A stretch of 61,655 nucleotides of DNA, the filler included, from Choristocarpus tenellus KU-1152 (lineage: Eukaryota; Protista; Phaeophyceae): the NCBI GenBank assembly GCA_964200185.2. It is 9 parts of 9 records of this genome, joined end to end, with 100 filler letters (N's around TTAATTAATTAA, not from the genome) between each part and the next. Parts side by side here need not be neighbours in the genome. Positions count along the whole stretch, not along the records: positions 1 to 11,003 come from CAXNAD020002570.1; positions 11,104 to 25,598 come from CAXNAD020001174.1; 7 more parts are not named here. The stretch is one strand, 5' to 3'. The position numbers were made by a program, and so were the translations under genes. Shown here piece by piece: positions 1 through 12,002 of this stretch; positions within the stretch are counted from its first letter, which is position 1; the number at the start of each line of letters is the position of its first letter. Under the pieces are notes generated by a model. It saw only the letters and a program-made list of their open reading frames with translations. It did no database searches and was not told the origin of the DNA.

Positions 1-91
1 CCCCCACCACCACCAGTCCTCCACCCTCAATATTTACTGTGACTTTGAAATTTCTTCAAGCATCCTTCCTGGCGATTTCGTATCAGTTGCG

Positions 92-382
92 TCAAATATT
101 TGGGTTTGAGGCAAACAAGCAAGTGGTAAACGCTGAGGTCATAAATATACAAAGCCCACAGACAAGAGCTGCCATGGGAATCCTCACTAATAAAGTTCCT
201 TGTGCCACACACCTATCAAGACAGAAAGATTTCAAACTGCTGCAAGTCTGCAATCAATCGAAACAAGAAGTGCACACAGAAGGGGGAGAAGGGGGGAAAA
301 AAACCTGCACTTCAGCACGTAGACCGAAAAATCATACCAAAATAATATTAATATTAATAATAAAATAAAACACACACAAACA

Positions 383-454
<72 letters not shown>

Positions 455-3039
455 CAAGAACAACATGTATAATGCCAATTTGGTTTGAAGACATTATGCT
501 TTTACACCAAGAACAGCAAAGAAAGAGGACCAACATCTGACCTATCTGTGCCCTTGGTCTCCTGCTTCACACATTCTTGCATCTCCAGGTTACCACTTGT
601 GATCAGGCAGTCCATTTCCCGTACTTCTCCCCTCCGCATCCGCCTCCCAGTACCTGCTTCTCTCATTCCTCTTAATACCTCTTCTGAACCTTCCGACTCC
701 TCCGTCTGCACTGGAGATTCAAATTTTTGAGGCGAGGTATCTTCTTTCTTTGAGACCCCCTGCCCCATGCCCTTGCCGACACCATCCTTTTCCACCTTTG
801 ACTCAATGAGGTCTGATAGTAGGTCTTGCACCCTCTCTCGAAGGCATGGAGCAAGGGTTTCAAGGGCCGGGGAGGACAACCAACCCAAGTGTTGTGCAAT
901 CATTCCTGTGGGGCATTGTGGTATAAGGATCATAGTCGGAATGAGATGAGGACGGGAGGGGTTGGAGGTGGGGGGTCGACTAGATTGATACATATTCTTG
1001 ATTTGGAAAAGAATTTTCCAGTCCACACTAAATAGTACAAGGCAAGCAGGACAGCAAGGGTACAGACTTTAACTTCAGACTTCACACAACATTGAAACAT
1101 ATTGCCCAGCACTCCCAATCAGCATCCTCGCTCAACGTAAATATTTCACCAAGAATCAACACACAGGATCTGTCTCAAGCAATCCTGCAGGCCAAGCTTG
1201 CAATGCCTTCCTCAACTGTTCCAATCCCTTCACCCCTCTACACTCCAATAAAAATCATGGTACATCCTGGGCATAGTGCATTCTGGGCATAATACAACTA
1301 AACATACACCTGCTCTTTCCTAACTGCACCTTCAGTATCTCCCACCCCTTCTCCGATGCTCCCATTGTCCCTCTTGGGCAGTGGCTCTTTCATTTCCTCC
1401 TGCAGCTGCAGCACCCTCTCAAGCAGGGTTATCAGTTCCCGGGCTTCCTCTCGAAGGCGATCGTTCTCCTCTGCTGTACGTCTTGCCCATGCCAGTGTCT
1501 TCTGCTCCTCTCTTCTTGCTAACTCTATCTTCTGCTCAGCCTGCTCTGTTCGGTACTTGAGAACTGCCAGCTCTCCCTCTTGCCACAAGAGAACTGATTT
1601 TTCTTCTGGAGGGGAGTGGACCACAGGAGAGGTCAGGGAACCAGGTGGCGTGTCTCCGAGTGCTCCTTGGTACATTGACTGCAAGCAGGCTGTGGGAACA
1701 GCTGTTGGGCAGGCTTCACTGTTATCCTCTTTTGGCATATGACTCAGAAAGCTTTGCCCATTGAAATGGTTGCCGCCTGGTGCCAATACTTCAGCAGACC
1801 ACACACACTTCGGGGATTGCTTCTTGTTGAGAAAGAGCTGATCAAGTTCGCTCTCCATACTCTGCTGGTCTGCTTGTACTCGCATTGAGATCTCTCTGCT
1901 ACCTGGTTTGCTCGAGCTGGAACCCTCACACCTATCTCCATATATTTCTGCAACACCCTGGTCACCTTTTGTATTGCATGGAAGGGTACACTCTGAATCC
2001 TTCCTCTGCAATTCAGCAGGAAGTGGCCTGACCAGTTCAAGAAACTCTGTGGGTCGTGCAGGGGCCTCTGACGGAAGGCTTGGTCCAACACGTGGCTCTG
2101 GACACAGAGTTGTCACTCTGGAATCGAGCCCATTGTGCGATCCTCCTTTCCAATCAGGTTTTGGGGTAGTCTCAGGGATGACCTGTGCACTGTTGCCCTC
2201 CAATACCGAATCCATCCCTGCAAAGTTTCTTGGGCCAGAGATCACTGAGGTTTTGAAAAAAAAGAGCTGGTTAGCCTCAGAGGCAGGTAAGACTTGCAGG
2301 CTGGGATGGAAACATGACCGTGCTTTTGATTGATCTACAAATACTACAGAAGTACTATATTCGCGACATCTACGCGTAACATTTCCCTGAGGCTTTTCTT
2401 CAAACACGCTGTTGTAGTTGATTTTTCGCAACCCCTAAGTACTAGTTCAAGCGTGAAACGCGATACAATGTAGCAAGAATGCGGAGAAAATACGAGGGTA
2501 GGTCCTAGTCAAAGTCAATGAAGCCAAGACGAACTAACATGTGTGAGATGCTGGACTCAAACACGAGGACCCCAGTATATTGGCCTCGAGGGTGGTGAGG
2601 CGGCGATAGTGCCCTTGTAACTCTCTGTCCTGACCCTGAAGATACCCCTGTAAGTTGCGAAGATCCCTCATCTAGAAAGAGAGGGCACAGTACTACTGTG
2701 GTTGGAGGTATGTTCGAAATAGGCTGCCAGGGAGGTGCATTTTTTCCTCTCCTCGCTGCAAGAACCCAAATACTTGGTTCTAAATTATCTACAGTTTCAG
2801 AAGTTCAGTTATGAAATGCTGCAGTGGTTTTCTGGCATCAGTGCCAAGTAGAGACTCTATTTGCACACAAGAGCAAGGCTCGAACGTAGTGTATTCACAT
2901 TGCGCCATACCTTAACATCTAGGTCCTGAATGATGTTGGTCATCCCTGCCACCTGCTCCCCTCTCCCTACAGTACCTTCCATGTGTCTTGCAGGGGAAGC
3001 TATTCCTTGCTGTCGCGTGTCCAATCCTCCATGGCTCAT
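92..3039 (-). CDS. Multi-exon hypothetical protein: coiled-coil/low-complexity body with a C-terminal hydrophobic helix (possible tail anchor)
   Basis: Candidate exons 3039-2911, about 2671-2540, 2244-1310, 905-542 and 212-92 have GT/AG ends. Phases match except 1310->905, where an exon is unresolved. Coiled-coil stretch EQAEQKIELARREEQK...ENDRLREEAREL; last exon reads CVAQGTLLVRIPMAALVCGLCIFMTSAFTTCLFASNPNI*. Confidence 0.55.
370..451. repeat. (CA)n microsatellite
   Basis: Near-perfect CA run inside an intron; explains the spurious VCVC ORFs. Confidence 0.97.
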
Positions 3040-3340
3040 CAGAGGTAAAGGAACCTTCTCTCAAGTTCAAAGTGGAAAATGGATAATTACTGTTAACACT
3101 TTTGATACTTCTTAACAATTGTGAATCGTCACGTTTATAAAGCTTGGGAAGCATTTATAGATACTGTCGGTTATAGTTCTAGAGGATCTTGTTTCCTGTT
3201 TGTACGATATAGGGGTACTCGACTCAATATTGGACCACCGCCATTTGTACTCCTCGGTTGTAGCGAAAGGACGTGAAAATAGTTGAAAGTTGGGTAGAGG
3301 AAAAGATCTACTAATGTGAGAAGAGGCACATAAAACTACC
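3040..3340. promoter_or_regulatory. Putative bidirectional promoter
   Basis: About 300 bp between divergent ATGs at 3039 (-) and 3341 (+); inferred from gene layout only. Confidence 0.4.
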
Positions 3341-6300
3341 ATGGGTGCGCAGTATTCGACTGGCATTCTTGCGTCGGAATGGCGAGGTTGGATAGAGGAG
3401 CGCGCATCCCTGGAAGCCATCAGGGCTATCTACAATGATTTTCGTGCCCTGTGCTCCAAACGTTTCCAAGACGACGCCTTTTTCATATCCAAAGAAGAGT
3501 TTTGTGAGGTCAGAGTCTACTGTGGGGCGTTTTTTGTAATATCCTGGCACTTTCGATGCCATTTTTCTGGCTGATCGCCCTGCTGTTGATAGCATTTCGT
3601 TGTGCACACCTAGGTAGGGATGTATGTTTGAAGCGCCACCCAAAAGTACATACCGTTGACCAATATCGGCAAGAGTGGGAAGTGATGACTTTCTGTTTTT
3701 ACCGCAGGTTTTCAAGGGCGTTGGAGATTACGCCGTAGTACCTGAGGATAGGAAAGCCACGGGTAGCGGCTTATTCTTGCGACGAGGAGAGAATGAGAGG
3801 ATTCGCCAGCTACACCTTGATAAGTGCTTTGCTTGCTTTGACAAAAAGGAGCGAGGTCGCGCTCCAGCAGGAGTCGTATGGGGAGGGCTCGCGCTCATGA
3901 CAGGAGCAGGAGTGCTTGGGAAAATTCGGTTCATCTTGACGTTGTACGATGCTGATAAGTGCGATCATGGAAGGAACTTGTCAGCGGAAAGCGCACACAT
4001 ACTAGAGGAAAAGCACTGATGAGATAGTGTCACTAATTTTCGTTCCATTTGACACAGAAGTTAGCATTATTCTTGTGGAGCAGGGCAGGGGGCGCACGGA
4101 GAAGGTCATGTTGTCTGTCTCAGAGTCCACCTAGTTCTGAAAGCCCAAGGATGTTCATCTCATATAGCACACCTGCACTGCTCTGTACTCTAAGTACCGT
4201 ATTTGCCTGACCCTCCCGATTCGACCATTCACAATGCTAGCAGGGATTATAATGAAGGAGCAGATGACATCCAGCATAGAACTACCAATTACAGTAGGTA
4301 CAAGGAGAGTTGTCACTGTTGGCTTCTGAGACTTCAATGGTAGACCTCTAACGCACAAATAAAACCATATATGGCAAACCTTCTTGATCTCTCATTTAGG
4401 GATGGGAAGGTAAATATGACAGAGCTCCAGATGGCTATGATTGCAAGCGCAACTGGCTTTTGCCGACTGCGACGTGCAGAGCCTCCACCTCAGGAAGTAA
4501 TTAAATCTATTGCATATGAGGGGTTTCTGCAACAGGTAACCTCCTGTGAATATGCAGAGGAAGCATGGGAAAGAGGAATAACTTTTGGAACACACCAGAG
4601 AATATTTGAGGCATACATTAAAAGTGCTGTGATTTTGATTCCCTTGTTAGAATTGGGGGGGTCAATGTCCATGGATGACGTGCAGTGTACCCTCCCTCCT
4701 TTTTTCTCCACCGTGAAAATGTGACTAAGAAACAGAGAAGGTGTCCGGGAAGGAGAATATGAGCTTGTATGGGTATGGAAGATTATGCAAGCTGAACAGC
4801 GTTGATTCACAAGTGTCGATATCAGATGTTTTTCTAATATATTCATAGAGGTTTAATCTAACAGCAGGTTAATCTCTAAGATAATATGCTTCTTTGGAAA
4901 TACCAAGAGTAGGACGATGAGTCTACGGAAGGTGCCCCTCACAAGGAATGTAGTCACCAATTCGTGTTGGAGTACTTTGGAGATTTCAGGGTTGAAAAGC
5001 AGTTAACAATCTCTCTATTTATGACTTCCATTATTTGTGGTTCAGGAAGGTCTTGTTCCTAGTGTACGCTGTTGCTTCCAAACATATACTGTACTTCGGA
5101 GTACTGTGTAGCATATTATTTTCAAACCTTACAGGTTTGGTAGCTCAACCTATTGCACACAACACCCCTACCACCAACAAGGAGATGTGACGTTAAAGAA
5201 GAGGTGGCACTCCAACACAATCCACTCGCTCACTTGAACCTCATAGGCACTATCACCCATTCTGCCTGGCCGACCTCGTACTCCTATTTGCTTCTGGAGA
5301 TGTCATTAATGGAACCTTGACTCTTATCTCTAACCTTAACAGGCAGCAGTACAAACTCCCATCTCCACAAGATTGACTCCCAAAGGAGTCGATGACAGTG
5401 TGACAAGATCGAGCGATAGAGGGGACCAAGCAATGATATCTTCCTCACCTCCCATCGGACAGAAACAAATTGCCCCTAAATCAGGAACCTTATTGTCTGG
5501 TGATCAGGGGAAAAAATTAAAATCAGACTCGTGGACTAAAGACAGTGGGACCAACCTCCTTACAAGCCTGACATTCCAGCAGGTGGCAGACTTTTGCAGG
5601 GCAAATGCTTTGTGCAGGAACTTTCTCAAGAGTTTAGAGTCCCCTGCATATGCTGACCTTGTCCTGGTGAGTATGTTTGTTTTGCAAGTCAAGGAATGTT
5701 GATTTTTATTTCCCTGCATTTAGCTGTAGGTGTAGGAAGATCTAATCAGTAGGAATTTCAAGATTTGAGAAATTAAGCCTAGTGTAGTTTGAGAACTCTA
5801 CAGCCCTTGCCTTGGTGAGGAGAGATGCTTGAACTCCAACACTTCACCTCCTCATCATCACGTTTCGCACACAGCTCTATCAGTCTGAGCATGAGCTATT
5901 GGGGGAACTTGCGACTATTGATGCCAGCCTGGATGATTGTGAACATCAAATCAAGGTAAGTGTGTTGTTTGGGGGGGAATATGGTGGGTACTTTGTTTTT
6001 TTGTGGAAGGTTTAATGCCACAGTCTTCTTCCCACTTTTCTACAGGGTCATGATAAATGGATTTTGGAATGAAAGCAATCCATTTGTATTTCGCTTGAGG
6101 CACCCAAACATAAGTTCGCTCAATGACTTGTTGCCATACTCCAGATAAGTGAGTTGCAGTTAGGGTGGCTCATATTGTACTTGATCTACTCTCAGTGCCT
6201 CTCAGTACTGCAGACAGTATACTCCCTGTTATTTGCAACTTGACCCCTGCTAGCCACATTTGTCTCATCTCCGAATGCTCCTGTAGATCAGGAAGTGTAC

Positions 6301-9300
6301 TTGTCGTATCAAAATCGTGCAATCGCCATCCTCTGAGTCAAAGTATCTTAGAGGGTAGAGCCGCGTCCTTTTGGGGGCAAAACTCTATTGTTCTGACTTT
6401 TATGTAATTTTGGTTATCACGTCTTTAGGACCTGTCAAAATCCTTGTTCTGGACACACCTTTTCAAAACATACACATCTTACCTGCTCCGAGACATTTTG
6501 GAGTAGGAAAATGCCGTAAAAAATCCCGTGGGAAGTCAAGCCCCAAACAGACAAACAGGGCAAACCTAGTACCCTCGAAGATACTTTCACTCTCTGCACC
6601 ATCTCTACCTTATCTCTTGTCCTTCCAAAGCACTTTTTTTCCTCAATCTAGCCAGTGCACTGTCTATCTGCTGTGTAAAAGTTGTGAGAAGTAGTGTCCA
6701 GCCAAAATGACCCTCTGATGCACACCTGTTAAACTTGGACAATCAATAAGATGTAACTGCTCAACACCTACACCTCTCTTGTATATTTGTAATTCCGACA
6801 TAGATCAATTTGGCTGACCGCATTGATGATTCAAGGCAGAGAGGTGGCGATGCATGCAACCTCGTGGTCAGTGAAACTGCCCTCAGGGAGCTGGCTAACA
6901 AATGGAGAGCAGGCCATCTCCTTGAGTCAGAGGCCATCAACGAACTTCTTCAGTCAGGTGGGAGGATGATAACAAAATATTGATGGGCTTTTGAGGCAAA
7001 ACCAAGTGCGTGGTGCAATTCTCGGGGCAATTAAGATTGACAAGTACTCTCAGCATAATATGGGGGGGAGGGGCAGCATATGCACATATCCTCAATGTCC
7101 CTAAAGTGATGAACTGGCTATAGGAATAGGAAAATATCCCTACTCTCCCATGGTTTTTACCCCCCTCTTAGAGTTGCACTACAATGATCCAGTCAGATCC
7201 TAAGACAATTGCACTATCACTTTTTTTTTTCTTAGGGGGGAAAAGTATCGACCTCAAGAGGGGCATGGGTGATGCACAGCACCTAATGGAGGACCCCTAC
7301 AGTGATGAGGAAGACAACCCTGAAGATAGTTCGACTTGGCAGGAACATTCCGTGAAAGAGCCTGAGGTGAACATGCAAGTATTGACAAGGGCTGCTGAGC
7401 TGATTCGATTGGCCGCAGCCAGGGGGACAACTGTTGAAGAGAGGGGGGGAAACCTCATCGACAGAAAAAAAAAATTGGGTACGTGATCATGAACTTTTAA
7501 CACTCCGGCAAGCATGTTCTCGTGCACACACAATGCTTGGACGGATATCTCACAAAAGCTCTTTGTTCATATCAAGAAATAGGAAAGTTGAGAGTTAGGG
7601 TTGTCTTTTTGTCATGCTTTTGAGTCCCAAAGTATCTGGGGGGGGGGGGCGGCAGCTGTCCATTTGGGGTCAATTTTTTCATGTCGCGATTTTTGTGTGA
7701 TTTGGTTGCGTACATTGGATGGATAATGTAAATACACTTTTCCTGATTTTGGTCCAAATGCACACCCTGGTGTAGACCCCCCATTCCCCCGCCCCCAGAT
7801 ACTTTGGGTCCGAAACAAAACAAAAAAGAACGGAATCGAAGAGGTGTTGAGTTCTATGGAGACAGACTAGCGGCCCAGTCTTGTTCTTCCACTATAAATC
7901 CCCCTTGGCTGTCAAGCTAAATGTGGTCATCGTGTCTCCTCTTTTGTCCTCATTTCCAGTGGGGTATGCCGACAGGAGTAACAAGAGCCCTGAACATTGC
8001 ACCATGGAGACTCAGAGGCAAAGGCGTGAATCAAGGAGGGAAGCTTGTGAGGGCTCAAAGACTGCAGAGCATGAAGGGGAGATTCATTTAGGGCTAAATG
8101 AGAAAGCATACCTAACAGCCAAGAATAAGTTAGGAATTGGTGCAGAGGTAGGTCGGTTTTGTGTTTAGGGTTATGGTTAGGGTTTTGGTCGTAATCAGAC
8201 CCACTTCCTTTTGATTCCAAATGCTACTGCCGCCTATACACTGAGTGAAAAAAAATCTACAAATGGGATTGATTGTTACTACCCTTTTGATATTTTAGAA
8301 TTTTTTTAAAACCTTGGGCGATATATACCATGCCCATTCCTCAAATGTGCTTAACCTCCCCAAGGAGTATCTGACTATGGAGGAAGATTGATTATCTGTG
8401 AACACATCTCTGGCCAAAAGTGCCCTCCATAGGGCTCTTGGGGTTAGGGTTAATGCTCAAGATACCTCACTGCAGGATCTGTACCTGCTTCAGTATTGGA
8501 TCCGTACCATGCTTTGATCCAGGGTACGGGTATGCTTATATTGGACATACTGAGTAAACTGCATATCCTATATGCTGCACATATCCTAAGCCAGAGCAGG
8601 GCATAGGATGACCTCCCTATGAGATTGGAACATGGCTCGAAAATACCACAGTCTGGTGTGTACCATAATTTACTTGATCAAGGGATGCTGAAACACTGTG
8701 CATCCTGAGGTGCCCTTCACAGGCACATAGAAGACAGAGGCATAAGGCACGCGTGATAGAATCTAAAGTATCATGTTAAGAGGCTGGACTTTGGGAATTT
8801 TGTTAGGGCTTGCAAATGCTATGTACATCCCCATTTTCATGGCCCAAATTCAGGCAACCCCCATCAAGAGTTTGTAGGAGTAGATGGAAAGGCCCTGCGA
8901 ATGGACAGTTGTCAACAGATTGGAGGCTGTAAGGAATAATGAAAAAAAAAAAAAGTCCGACAAAAAAAAAACAGAGATCCCTAACCCTGCTAACCTAACC
9001 CAGCTAACAACAACAGTACCCCTAACCCTAGCACTTTAGTATTCGCACAAGCACAACAGCACCGCCTGCACCAGAGTATTGGGATGCCCAACTTGAAGGT
9101 ACTCCTATTTCACATACTGGTGTTGGATCCAACCTTCCTTGAGTACCTCATGGCATAGCTTACTTAATTTTGGAAATCTCAGGAAGGTGTTCATGAACTA
9201 GCGGGCCTTAGCCAGGGGGGAGAAGGAAATGCTTCTCTGAGTCCAGAGGAGGAAAAAATTGCTGAAACGTGGAGGTGCTTCAGAGTGGTGGCCAAAGCAG
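3341..9300 (+). CDS. N-myristoylated EF-hand Ca2+-binding protein (calcineurin-B/NCS-like N-terminus, long C-terminal extension); 3' end not found
   Basis: Nine phase-consistent GT-AG exons: 3341-3508, 3708-3958, 4400-4535, 5508-5666, 5875-5955, 6804-6957, 7236-7478, 7960-8147, 9183-9300. Starts MGAQYS (MGxxxS). Splicing exon 2 to 3 creates a canonical EF loop DADKDGKVNMTE; a degenerate EF-hand FACFDKKERG lies upstream. Confidence 0.85.
6335..6592 (+). mobile_element. MITE family A, full copy
   Basis: TIRs GAGTCAAAGTATCTTAGAGGGTA / TACCCTCGAAGATACTTTCACTC; TSD TCT; intronic. Confidence 0.92.
7624..7810 (+). mobile_element. MITE family C (G-tract TIR variant)
   Basis: Ends CCAAAGTATCTGGGGG / CCCCCAGATACTTTGG; interior GTCCATTTGGGG...GCGATTTT resembles family A; flanks TGA/CGA. 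Confidence 0.8.
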
Positions 9301-10089
9301 GTTGGGCTCAGTGTATTGCTTTCAATGTGCAATGCAGATATAAGGTGAAAGCGAAACCATTTGAGAACTTTCCGGTTCAGTGTAAGAATGTGTAGCCTTT
9401 TTTATAAGTTCATACTCAGTGGCTTGCTGAAGGAGAACAGAAACTGGTAGAGCTTGTGAGGGAAGGGGCTAGACTACCATCTATTGTTGTCTATTGTTGT
9501 CTATTGTTGTGATGAATGTAGTTTTCAATCTATTGCTGCCACATCTCTAAGGTTACCCTTGGAGTCTAAGCAGTCGTTTGATTGGCCACATAGTGTCAGG
9601 TTGTATCGAACAAGCCATATGGTCTTTGCGATGTTGTGATGAGATTTAAAGAGTGTAAATAGCAAGCAGTTTCATAGCGTTAGAACAGAGTTAAAATAAA
9701 AAAGGAAGGTCATGGTTACTGGGAATTTTGCATCGGATCTATCAACATTGTCTCGTGATGCTGTCAAAAAGTGTCAAAGCCTTCTATTGTGCAAATCCAC
9801 AACGAAAAAACGCCTGGGCAAGTATGAACATGCTCAGGCACCTCCAGAGTAGCCACTCTCCTCTCCGGAACATGCTGCACCCGTACTACACATTGGTACA
9901 GCGACTCAGATCTCAAAAAAAAAAATCACTACATCTGGTTTTTCTCAACATACCCCTCACCAGTCAAGGAGCAAAGGAGAAACAACAACCTCAATAACTC
10001 ACTACGCTGGTGTTCTCCAGTAGCTATGGCACTTGACATCGACCTCCTCCAAGATCTGGTGGAAGCTCCTGGGGGGTTTATTAGCGACA

Positions 10090-10457
10090 GGTATTAGTAT
10101 TAGTATTACTATTACTATTAATAATAATATGACTATTAGTATTACTATTACTATTAATAATAATATGACTATTAATAATAATATGACTATCGCTATTACT
10201 ATTACTATTACTAAGAATATTGCTATTACTATTACTATTAATAATACTATTACTATTACTATTATTAATAATATGACTATTACTATTAATAATAATATAT
10301 GACTATTACTAAGAATATTGCTATTAATATTAATAATACTATTTCTATTAATAATACTCTTACTATTAATAATAATATTACTATTACTATTACTAAGAAT
10401 ATTGCTATTACTATTACTATTAATAATAATATTAGTATTACTATTAATATTAGTAAT
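10090..10457. repeat. AT-rich compound trinucleotide repeat (ATT/ACT/AAT)
   Basis: About 370 bp of TATTAC/TATTAA/TAA units; source of the poly-I/N/T and poly-L ORFs. Confidence 0.92.
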
Positions 10458-10789
10458 GTGTGCTGTAAGGGAGGAACCTTCATGGGGGAAATGGTCTGGG
10501 CGGCACAATTGACATATTTTGTGCAGGACACCAAGGGATAGGATGGGCATGTAGTTGGAGAAGGAGTGGCAGTGCACTGGAGCCTTGTGGTGCTCTTTGT
10601 TGCTGTAGAATGACAGTGTCTCACCACCAAAATGACAGTTACAGGCAGCACGTGTTCACAAGCCAGCTCTGATCAGTCACCCATCAGAGACGTTTGAAGT
10701 GTGACTGCACTTCACCTACAATGTACTCGGAGTACTCAATATTGGCAGGCATTCCTTTCCTTGCACACAACTGGCAGTGTACAGCTAGG

Positions 10790-11003
10790 GAGTGAAAGTA
10801 TCTTAGAGGGTACGATTTTTGCCCTTTTTATCCATTTGGATCTTGGCTTTCCATGGGTTTTTTAATGACATTTTCCTTCTCCAAAATTTTTCGGAATGTG
10901 TAAAATGTGTATGTTATTAGGTGTGTCCAGAACATCGACATTGACACTTCCTAACACACACAATAGCCAAAATTACATCAAAATTGCAACATTGGACTTT
11001 GGC
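10790..11003 (-). mobile_element. MITE family A, truncated at contig end
   Basis: GAGTGAAAGTATCTTAGAGGGTA followed by family A interior up to the gap. Confidence 0.88.
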
Positions 11004-11103
11004 NNNNNNNNNNNNNNNNNNNNNNNNNNNNNNNNNNNNNNNNNNNNTTAATTAATTAANNNNNNNNNNNNNNNNNNNNNNNNNNNNNNNNNNNNNNNNN
11101 NNN
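11004..11103. other. Artificial contig linker N44-TTAATTAATTAA-N44 (also 25599-25698, 33305-33404, 39699-39798, 43966-44065, 48277-48376, 54498-54597, 58476-58575)
   Basis: Identical 100-bp spacer with stop codons in all six frames, present eight times. Confidence 0.98.
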
Positions 11104-12002
11104 ATCTTAGTGTAGACACCCCCCCCCCCACATACTTATGTCATATGTACAACAGAATGGATAAAAAATGTTGTCAATTTAAAGGTAACATAGCACTCTC
11201 GTGTGGGAGTCCTTCATGTATATACATATACATACAGATTTGTCCTACTAGCTCCAATTTTGCCATACTTACCTAGCATAGTAGTCTCTATTGGGGGTTC
11301 TCCACAGTTGGGTACCTTCAAGTTATACTTTGCTGAAACTAAAGGCGGAGAGATGGATACTGATGTCTATTATTGCAAACACCCCACCAACACTCTCATT
11401 CCGTAACAAAAGGAATTCAACCGACAATTCAAAGATGCCCTTTCTGCCTAGCATTCCAAAGTAAAAGAGATACTGCCATATCTATCTACCTAAAGACGCC
11501 CCTTCACAAGGGTTACTACCACAAAGAATAGGTAAAAAAATGTAACTTTTGCTCACCGTGTTGCACTTTGCAATAACAGATTGGGTGGGCAGTGTCCCCA
11601 AAGGATGCTACTCTGTTAATAATTGTGTACGTTCCCTGAGTTCAAACCCCGTCAAAACCAGACCTTTTTTTATGGACATACTATTTGGAAGAAAATGTAT
11701 GATGTGTCAACACACAGGTATCGCCAAGACAAATGCATTGAACCCTTTGCATGTAACAAAAACTACCAATAAATTGGATCACATAATAAATCACCAAAGT
11801 CTTAATCATGTCAATACATTCAACTCACTCTTTAAAATGTAATATCTTTAGTTACACAACGTACAGATATTAACCCATAGATTGCGACCAACAGACTCAC
11901 TACTGACACTGGATGATGTAACTAACATTCCACATGGAATTTTCATTATCCACAAAACATCATCTCTTCCAATTAGGGTAGGCCAACCTACATAAAACTC
12001 AC

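Noticed and set aside
6371-6694. Recurring ORFs ending ...PSKILSL (also at 33457, 35974, 37222, 39861, 58845, 60009) as a small gene family
   Set aside because: They are translations of MITE A; frames and stops differ between copies.
10002-10651. Poly-I/N/L membrane-protein ORFs
   Set aside because: Artefacts of the trinucleotide repeat.
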